In this document: positions 57,260 to 64,000 of the stretch, in pieces
How positions within the stretch are numbered: position 1 is the first letter of the stretch
How the letters are laid out: each line of letters opens with the position of its first letter
Assembly (NCBI GenBank): GCA_963665665.1
Contig: OY762428.1
Location: forward strand, 4,064,001 to 4,128,000
Source: Candidatus Kapaibacterium sp.
GTDB taxonomy: Bacteria; Bacteroidota; Ignavibacteria; Kapaibacteriales; UBA2268
Direction of reading: 5' to 3'
Length of the DNA: 64,000 bases
The notes under the pieces: model-generated
Database searches by the model: none
The model's input: the letters and a program-made list of their open reading frames with translations, nothing else
What the model was told of the DNA's origin: nothing
Made by a program: the position numbers and the translations under genes

Positions 57260-58759
57260 ATGAAACTTTCAGCCTTCTTATTATTTATGTTTCTAATCGG
57301 TGAAATTGCTCTGGCCGATATTCTGACCGTGGGCGACGGCGGTGACGGCTACCAATACTCAACAATAGAACAAGCCGCTGAATATGCCGTTCCCGGAGAT
57401 ACCATTATGGTTCATACCTATGTTTATCAGGGAGGAATGACTATTACCGGATTAAAAGGCAATGAGGATAATTATATCACTATTATGGCAGCGCCCGGAG
57501 CCGAGGCAATAATCTCAGGTGGCTCTTCAGGAATTCATTTTATTGATATTGCTTATGTTAATATCATCGGGTTTAAATTCAGAGACCAGACCGGAAACGG
57601 GGTGAATATTGATGACGGCGGCAGTTATGATACGCCTTCCCACAATATCCATATTATCGATTGCCAGTGGCTGGGAATGAACGCCACCGGAAACAACGAC
57701 GAACTGAAAATGTCCGGAGTTGATGTATTTACAATTAAGGACTGTTTATTCAGAGATGGTTCGCCCGGAGGAAGTCTGATTGATATGGTGGGCTGCCACA
57801 GCGGTAATATCTATCATAATGAATTTATTAACGGAGGCTCCAATTCAATCCAGGCAAAAGGCGGATCGCGGAACATTCTCATCACCAGGAATAAATTTCA
57901 GAACGGCGGGCTGCGCTCAATTAATATTGGCGGTAGCACTGGGCTGGAATTTTTCCGTCCTCAGGGCGTAAGCTACGAGGCAAACAGGATAATTGTTCTA
58001 TCGAATTTATTTCTGCATTCTCAAGCTCCGATAGCTTTCGTGGGCGCTACGGAATGCCATGTTGAAAACAACACTCTTATCATGCCGGAAAAATGGGCTG
58101 TACGAATACTGCAGGAAACTACGCTTCCGGAATTTGACCCGTGCGGTAACAACTTTTTCAGGAATAATATCATCTATTTCAACAACGCCGCTTCGGCATA
58201 TTCTTTCAATATCGGGCCGAATACAGCCCCTGAGACTTTTACGATCAGCAATAATCTCTGGTATAATATTGACAACGCAAACTGGAGCGGGCCCAATCAG
58301 CCTGTTAACGACCCTGATATGATATTGAATCAGGACCCCTTGTTCAAAAATTTCAGTGAAATGGATTTCTCGCTTCAAAGCAATTCTCCTGCTATTGGAA
58401 ATGGCTGGTATGATTTGTCAATATCGTCCGTCAGGATTGATTTTATCGGCAATGAATTCAACAGGCCTCCATCCATCGGAGCCATAGAAGGCAATCCTCC
58501 GGGGACTTCATCTGAAGATGGCAAATCAAGGATTATGCTCATTTATCCCAACCCTGCCGCAGACATTCTTTCAATAGATTATTCAGGAAATAATGGCCGC
58601 ATTGATTATGAAATTTATAACCTGATAGGAAAGAAACTTTTACGAGGAAAAATGGTTGTTGGATTGAATAGTGTTGATATACGCAACCTAAGTCCCGGAG
58701 TTTATTTTATAAAGTTCCCCGGTACGAAAATCAAAAGCAAACGCCTTATAAAGTATTGA
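57260..58759 (+). CDS. Secreted right-handed beta-helix protein with T9SS C-terminal domain
   Basis: TIEQAA...PGDTI, Asn-rich stacked repeats, SPAIGNG, IYPNPA...LSPGVY. Confidence 0.85.
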   Translation: MKLSAFLLFMFLIGEIALADILTVGDGGDGYQYSTIEQAAEYAVPGDTIMVHTYVYQGGMTITGLKGNEDNYITIMAAPGAEAIISGGSSGIHFIDIAYVNIIGFKFRDQTGNGVNIDDGGSYDTPSHNIHIIDCQWLGMNATGNNDELKMSGVDVFTIKDCLFRDGSPGGSLIDMVGCHSGNIYHNEFINGGSNSIQAKGGSRNILITRNKFQNGGLRSINIGGSTGLEFFRPQGVSYEANRIIVLSNLFLHSQAPIAFVGATECHVENNTLIMPEKWAVRILQETTLPEFDPCGNNFFRNNIIYFNNAASAYSFNIGPNTAPETFTISNNLWYNIDNANWSGPNQPVNDPDMILNQDPLFKNFSEMDFSLQSNSPAIGNGWYDLSISSVRIDFIGNEFNRPPSIGAIEGNPPGTSSEDGKSRIMLIYPNPAADILSIDYSGNNGRIDYEIYNLIGKKLLRGKMVVGLNSVDIRNLSPGVYFIKFPGTKIKSKRLIKY

Positions 58760-58901
58760 TCATTAAAAATTAAAATTTTTGGATGAAATATTTTAGCAAG
58801 CTGTTGATGAGTAAATACCCCATAGCAAACTACTGAATTTGTTCTAAAAGTTTACTTTGGGGTATATACCCGTTAATATTATTGCAATATGAAATTATTT
58901 C

Positions 58902-60464
58902 CTACTCAATAATTTCTTTTCTGATTCTTAATACTTCCTCCTGCATGTACCTGTCTTTGTCCAGAACAGGGAAAATATTTTCAATTTTTTTAATAAATTC
59001 TTTTCCACAGTCACCCGGAATAAGCTTGGAATCAGGGGCAATTTTGTTTTTTGATTTGAATATTTCTTCTGACTGCTCCAGAATATAATATCCCTGGCGG
59101 ATCATTGCTGCCTGAAGAGCCAACTGCGTATACCACAAGTCAATCGCATTTTTCAATGAAATAATTACTGTGGGAGCATGTGAAACGTGATCTTCCTGGT
59201 GGCTGGCGCTGCTCTGTGAATGCAGAAAACCTGTGGAATTCATCGATAGTATCATATTTCCGTGAGCAGTATGGCTGTATTCAAGTAGCATCATGCCCGA
59301 GCTTATCGCGTGGTTGGCGTTGGGGGCTATCAGGCAGCTTAAGCCGATCCTGTTTTTATCTTTATCAACCAGCCTGCGGACAAGCGCCATGTTCACAGAT
59401 ACCGTTGCACTGAAAGCATTGAATAAATTTGCGGCAGCAATCGCGATATACATGCCGTGGAAATTACCACCGGATATTGACTGTCCGTTTACAACAAGAG
59501 GATTATCCGTAGCGGAATTCATTTCGATTGTAAGCTTTTCGCGGGTTTCTTTCATTGCGTCGAATAGCGGGCCGTAAACCTGTGGCAGGCATCGCGACGA
59601 ATATGAATCCTGCACGTTAACGTCGTAATCAAAGCTTTCGTGAGATTTGCGGATGTCGCTGTTTTTGAAAACATCAAGAAGTATTTCTGCGGCTTTCCAT
59701 TGGCCGGGATAGGGACGCAGGTCATGCAGGTCTTTGATATATGGAAGATCGGAAGCAAACATTATTTCGCTCATCATGCCGGCATGGCGCAGAGCCATTT
59801 CGCTTTTTTCCTCCAGGGTATATACCAGCCATGCAAGGTAAGCTGTTGACCACTGCATACCGTTGTTCAGTCCCAGCCCTTCTTTGGCTTCAAGCTCAAC
59901 AGGTTTCAACCCTGCTTTTTCAAGGGCATCCGAAGCGTCGATTAATTCGTCTTTGTAATAACATTTGCCTTCGCCCATTAATGCAAGCGCAATATGTGAG
60001 AGAGGGGAGAGGTCTCCGCTGGCGCCGAGGCTTCCAATCTCGGGGATATAAGGGTAGATATCCCTGCTGTTAACAAAATCAACGATAGACTGCAATAATT
60101 CAAATCTTATACCTGAAAATCCTTTAGCCAGGGCGTTGGCTCTGAAAAGCATTGCCATCCTGGCTATTTCTTTGGGAGTTGCCTCGCCGAATGAAATAGC
60201 GTGTGTTCTGATCAGGTTCTTTTGCAGTTCGATAAGTCCCGCTTCGGGCACTGCTACGTCCTGGTTCTGGCCGAACCCGCGCGTAAAACCGTATATCGGT
60301 TTGTCGCCTTTAGCAAGCTTAAGAATTGATTCACGGTTTTCCTCAACTTTGGCTTTAACGTTTTTTTCAATTTCTACTTTTGCCAGCCCTTTGGCAACGA
60401 GAACTGCCTGGTCGAAAGTCAGGTCATTTCCGTTTATTATCACTGTCTGTTCAAATTTTTCCAT
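58902..60464 (-). CDS. hutH: MIO-dependent aromatic amino acid ammonia-lyase, probably histidine ammonia-lyase
   Basis: IYGFTRGFG, NLIRTHA (His at the HAL position), GSLGASGDL MIO motif, QDSYSSRC, GGNFHG, QEDHVS. Confidence 0.78.
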   Translation of the reverse strand: MEKFEQTVIINGNDLTFDQAVLVAKGLAKVEIEKNVKAKVEENRESILKLAKGDKPIYGFTRGFGQNQDVAVPEAGLIELQKNLIRTHAISFGEATPKEIARMAMLFRANALAKGFSGIRFELLQSIVDFVNSRDIYPYIPEIGSLGASGDLSPLSHIALALMGEGKCYYKDELIDASDALEKAGLKPVELEAKEGLGLNNGMQWSTAYLAWLVYTLEEKSEMALRHAGMMSEIMFASDLPYIKDLHDLRPYPGQWKAAEILLDVFKNSDIRKSHESFDYDVNVQDSYSSRCLPQVYGPLFDAMKETREKLTIEMNSATDNPLVVNGQSISGGNFHGMYIAIAAANLFNAFSATVSVNMALVRRLVDKDKNRIGLSCLIAPNANHAISSGMMLLEYSHTAHGNMILSMNSTGFLHSQSSASHQEDHVSHAPTVIISLKNAIDLWYTQLALQAAMIRQGYYILEQSEEIFKSKNKIAPDSKLIPGDCGKEFIKKIENIFPVLDKDRYMQEEVLRIRKEIIE

Positions 60465-60619
60465 GCCATTTATTCTTTTATTACTAATAGTTCAGTTCGT
60501 TCTTCGGTTTAAATTTAATTGTCTTTAAACAACCTGCAATATAAGAAATTTATAGATTCTACTGTTTTAATTCATGCATGATTTTTCGGTATAAGTCAGA
60601 ATATGAATTAAATATCCTC

Positions 60620-61777
60620 CTATAAAAAATAATTTTCCATTCTGTCGAAAGCTGTATTTATCATATCTTCAGGCACACAGAAAGAAAGCCTGATATGACT
60701 TTCACCGGTTGGCCCGAATTCAATGCCAGGCGTAGTTGAAACCTGGATATCCTGCAGGAGCTTTTTGCTAAATTCCAGGGAGTTCTTGCCTGAGTTACCT
60801 AATATCCTGGGAAACATAAGATAAGATCCTTCCGGCCTGACATATTGAAAAATCGATTCCAATCTGTCGAGCCGTTCACACATAAGGTTTCTTGCTGTCA
60901 GGTAATGCTGCCTGTATTCTGAAATACAATCCTGGCTGCCTTTCAACGCTCCGATTGCTGCATACTGGGATGCAACGGGTGCACAGATTGCAAAGGGAAT
61001 ATGTGCTTTCTTTATTTGGGCTATCATTTCCTCATCTGCATGTAAATAACCTATTCTCCAGCCTGTCATAGCATAAGATTTTGTGAAAGTATAATTTGTT
61101 ATCACATTTTTCCTGATTTCAGGGATAGAGGCAATACTAAAATGTTTAGCATCGTCGAATGTGAAATATTCATAGGCTTCATCTGTGATAATTGTAAGGT
61201 CATTTTCCAATGCAATTTCAGCAAGTTTTCGCAATGTTTTCTCAGGAAAAACAGTACCTGTAGGATTACTTGGAGAACAATACATTATTGCTTTTGTTTT
61301 TGGGGTAATTGCTTTCTTAACAGCTTCAATATCCAAAGCAAAACCATCTTCTTCAAGTAAGGGTATTAAAACCGGTGTTCCGGAGGCAAGCTTTACCTGT
61401 GTGATATGAGTTGAATATGTAGGTGTTGGCAGGATAACTTCATCGCCGGGATCAATAACTGCCATAACCGAAGCCGCCAATCCCTCGATAGCACCAATTG
61501 TAACTATTATCTGTGAAGTTTCAGCTTCAATATTGTTATCTCTTTTTAGCTTTTTAACAATTTCTTTTCGCAATTCAGGTAATCCCTCGCTTTGAGAATA
61601 TCCTCCGGTAAGACCTTTTTTTATGGCGTAGATCACTGTTTCGTTGATATGTTCCGGCGTGTCTGTGGTGGGTTTGGCCCAGGATAAAAAAGCAACATCA
61701 TCGTATTGTTTTGATAGCCTGGTCATCTCGTGTATTGCTGATTTCCCGATCTGATTAACTCTGCTTGATATATTCAT
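60620..61777 (-). CDS. PLP-dependent aminotransferase class I/II (AspC-like)
   Basis: SPSNPTG, TDEAYE, TKSYAMTGWRIG, HIRLSF. Confidence 0.9.
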   Translation of the reverse strand: MNISSRVNQIGKSAIHEMTRLSKQYDDVAFLSWAKPTTDTPEHINETVIYAIKKGLTGGYSQSEGLPELRKEIVKKLKRDNNIEAETSQIIVTIGAIEGLAASVMAVIDPGDEVILPTPTYSTHITQVKLASGTPVLIPLLEEDGFALDIEAVKKAITPKTKAIMYCSPSNPTGTVFPEKTLRKLAEIALENDLTIITDEAYEYFTFDDAKHFSIASIPEIRKNVITNYTFTKSYAMTGWRIGYLHADEEMIAQIKKAHIPFAICAPVASQYAAIGALKGSQDCISEYRQHYLTARNLMCERLDRLESIFQYVRPEGSYLMFPRILGNSGKNSLEFSKKLLQDIQVSTTPGIEFGPTGESHIRLSFCVPEDMINTAFDRMENYFL

Positions 61778-62244
61778 TTTTTTAATCCCTAAAAATGTTG
61801 ACTAATAAAAAATTATGTTGAACCAAAATACTATCTATTGGTTTAATGCATTAAAATACATGAAGATATATCTTTACTTCAAATTTGTCGATTATTCAAA
61901 ATATTCAGAAAAGCATTTTATTCTAAATACACCTTTTCTCCAGATATTTTATTCAATATTGAAATATAATGATTTTTATCTGAAAATGGAACTACCTGGT
62001 AAAAATGGTCCAAATATTTAGTTTGTTTAAGCTCCGGAAAAGCAGTAAAAATTGAAATATGTAATTTGCTTTTTTCAAATATTTCCTGTTGTAATAGCTA
62101 TATCTCGACGCACCAAATTTTATCCTTTTGCAGCTGCTGAAATTATTGGATAAAAAACACAATTCATGCTTTTAAGTTGCAATGATTTTACTACTATCTG
62201 CTATCATGAGAAACAAACTGTGCTAAAGTAAAATCAAAAAACAA

Positions 62245-63741
62245 CTAAGATTTCATTTCTTTGATTTTATTGTCTTTTTTTAGAATTTCAACTACTTCCT
62301 TAGCCTTATCCATTTCACCATAGGGTATTGGAATATTTAGTTTGTAATCGTATCTGACTCCTCGCCGTCCTTGGTAAGTATAGATAATAAAGAGGATTGA
62401 TTGCTCTCCATATTCGATACCGGCATCTTCAAACCTGTTCCCGAATGATGTCCATGTGTGGAACTGTGTTCCCAGTATTACCCCGTCATTGGATATTACA
62501 CAAGCCGGTTTCGAATTTGATAATTTATTAGCCTGTATTCTGGGGACTATTATTGCAAAAAAAGCTAAAATTATAATCAATCCGATAGCAAAATAAATGA
62601 TTAATGCATTGTCAGTATCGTTCAGGATAATTATTACAGAAAAAATTGAGATGGTTAAAAAACTTACCAAAACCAACATTTTTGTATTAGTCTGAATTCT
62701 TTCTTTTAGATCGTGTTCAACAAAGTCTTTCCAGAAACTATCACTATAATTCCAAAGGGTCAGGTTATTATCATTGCTCTGGATTCTATCAAAAACGGAA
62801 GTTCGTCCAAGATAGTAGAATGAAAGATACAAGAAAATGAGCGCAAAAAAAGCACCCAGAAATATCATTGCTCCTCCGCCACGGGCTATATTAATTTCAA
62901 AAATAAACACGCTGAAAATTGAAAATATAGAAAGACAGGTTAAGATAATAAAAATCAAAGCCGGGATTCTTTGTGTATTCCTGAAATTCCTTTTTTCATT
63001 TGGGAAGAGTTTCTTTTTGGCTGATAAAAATACCGGGCTCAGAAGGATAATAAAAAATAATCCAATAACGTAATTCTTATAAATTGAGAAAGGGTGAAGA
63101 ATAAAATCTGGTACTGCCCTGCTTGTTTGGGTCAGTTTTCTTTGATAAAATTCTTCATTTCTGGAAAAGAATTCATTCCATTTTTCAATTTTTAGTCCCG
63201 TTTCAAATTGATTGTCGAAAATACAATATAACTTGTTCTTATTTTTAAACTTATCAAGGTACTGTTTTAACGGGAAATTTTCTTCGGGAAAAAACAGGGG
63301 GCCGTTGTTATATCTGCTTTCAAATGCAAATTTTTTGAAATTATCAGGTAAATTATTGTAATATTTAATGTTTTTAACCATAAGAACGGATTGAATTTCA
63401 TCGTCAGGTTTTAGTATAAGAAGTGAATCGCCTTTGGTTTTTTCAACATATTCCTTGATTGGTAAAGCAGCTAAAAACCTTATGCTATCAGGCAGTCTGC
63501 TTTCCTTAATGCTATCCAAAAGTTTACCTCTGGCACTGTGATTTCGAACACTGATTCCTCTTTCTTTTGCTATATCGTACATTTTTTCCTGATCATTGTT
63601 GTTGGGGAGTTTTAATGATTCCTGTTCATACGAAAAACTATATAAATCAATAACATAGATTGGCGGAGACTGACGGTAAGTGTTAAAAAAGAAGTAAATT
63701 GCAGCTATTAGAACCAATGAAGCAAAATAAATAATCCGCAT
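62245..63741 (-). CDS. Hypothetical multi-pass membrane protein
   Basis: N-terminal anchor, soluble domain, about five further TM helices; start placed at MRII. Confidence 0.7.
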   Translation of the reverse strand: MRIIYFASLVLIAAIYFFFNTYRQSPPIYVIDLYSFSYEQESLKLPNNNDQEKMYDIAKERGISVRNHSARGKLLDSIKESRLPDSIRFLAALPIKEYVEKTKGDSLLILKPDDEIQSVLMVKNIKYYNNLPDNFKKFAFESRYNNGPLFFPEENFPLKQYLDKFKNKNKLYCIFDNQFETGLKIEKWNEFFSRNEEFYQRKLTQTSRAVPDFILHPFSIYKNYVIGLFFIILLSPVFLSAKKKLFPNEKRNFRNTQRIPALIFIILTCLSIFSIFSVFIFEINIARGGGAMIFLGAFFALIFLYLSFYYLGRTSVFDRIQSNDNNLTLWNYSDSFWKDFVEHDLKERIQTNTKMLVLVSFLTISIFSVIIILNDTDNALIIYFAIGLIIILAFFAIIVPRIQANKLSNSKPACVISNDGVILGTQFHTWTSFGNRFEDAGIEYGEQSILFIIYTYQGRRGVRYDYKLNIPIPYGEMDKAKEVVEILKKDNKIKEMKS

Positions 63742-63831
63742 AATATAAATCCCAATAAATATTTTTTTTAAATTAGCTAAAAAAACAATTTTATCAAAGA
63801 ACATAAATTTATAATTATGCTTTTATAATGT

Positions 63832-63865
63832 AAAAAATGCCCGCAAAGATGTCTAAGCGGGCTTT
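63832..63865 (-). terminator. Probable intrinsic terminator
   Basis: GCCCGC...GCGGGC with an A-tract on the left. Confidence 0.55.
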
Positions 63866-63889
63866 AAAATTATATATCAGATTTTGTTT

Positions 63890-64000
63890 CTACAATTTTT
63901 TGTTATTATATTCTCCTGTTAGAGTACTAAGAAAATCAACTACCAGCGCAATTTCTTCTTTGCTCAGTTTTGTTTTAACCTGGTAGTTATTCATAATTTC
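63890..64000 (-). CDS. C-terminal fragment, probably cytochrome c peroxidase
   Basis: EIMNNYQVKTKLSKEEIALVVDFLSTLTGEYNNKKL* resembles the M..YQ...L...E....V.FL.TLTGE end of di-heme peroxidases. Confidence 0.6.
   Translation of the reverse strand, partial: EIMNNYQVKTKLSKEEIALVVDFLSTLTGEYNNKKL

Overview
A low-GC (roughly high-30s %, estimated by eye) chromosomal window, most likely from a Bacteroidota/Chlorobiota-group bacterium such as Ignavibacteria or Ca. Kapabacteria. That placement is inferred from five secreted proteins with T9SS-type C-terminal domains. Most of the window is housekeeping and metabolic genes: ppx, prmA, kdsC, tsaB, ybaB, pspA, xseAB, a riboswitch-led thiamine salvage operon, mscS, rmuC, tsaA, bioY, a leuCD-like pair, a signalling cluster, tmk, rsmI, tadA, hutH-like and two aminotransferases. 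The standout is a ~1.75 kb gene-poor element at 18.6-20.3 kb. A ~500-bp core of ~14% GC is bounded by 25-bp inverted repeats and flanked on both sides by outward-facing arrays of a degenerate 21-bp unit (RAACAAGnnnnCAATnnnnnn). The 21-bp register holds even across embedded REP-like palindromes. Other notable items: a TPP riboswitch with an atypical pyrophosphate-binding region upstream of an unexplained methyltransferase, a 592-bp tandem triplication of Uma2 endonucleases with a variable centre, a 6S-like RNA after xseB, a SanA-peroxiredoxin fusion, an unannotated hicA, a truncated yoeB, and a lipid kinase with no canonical start codon. No CRISPR-Cas, integrase, transposase, reverse transcriptase, rRNA or tRNA was recognised.
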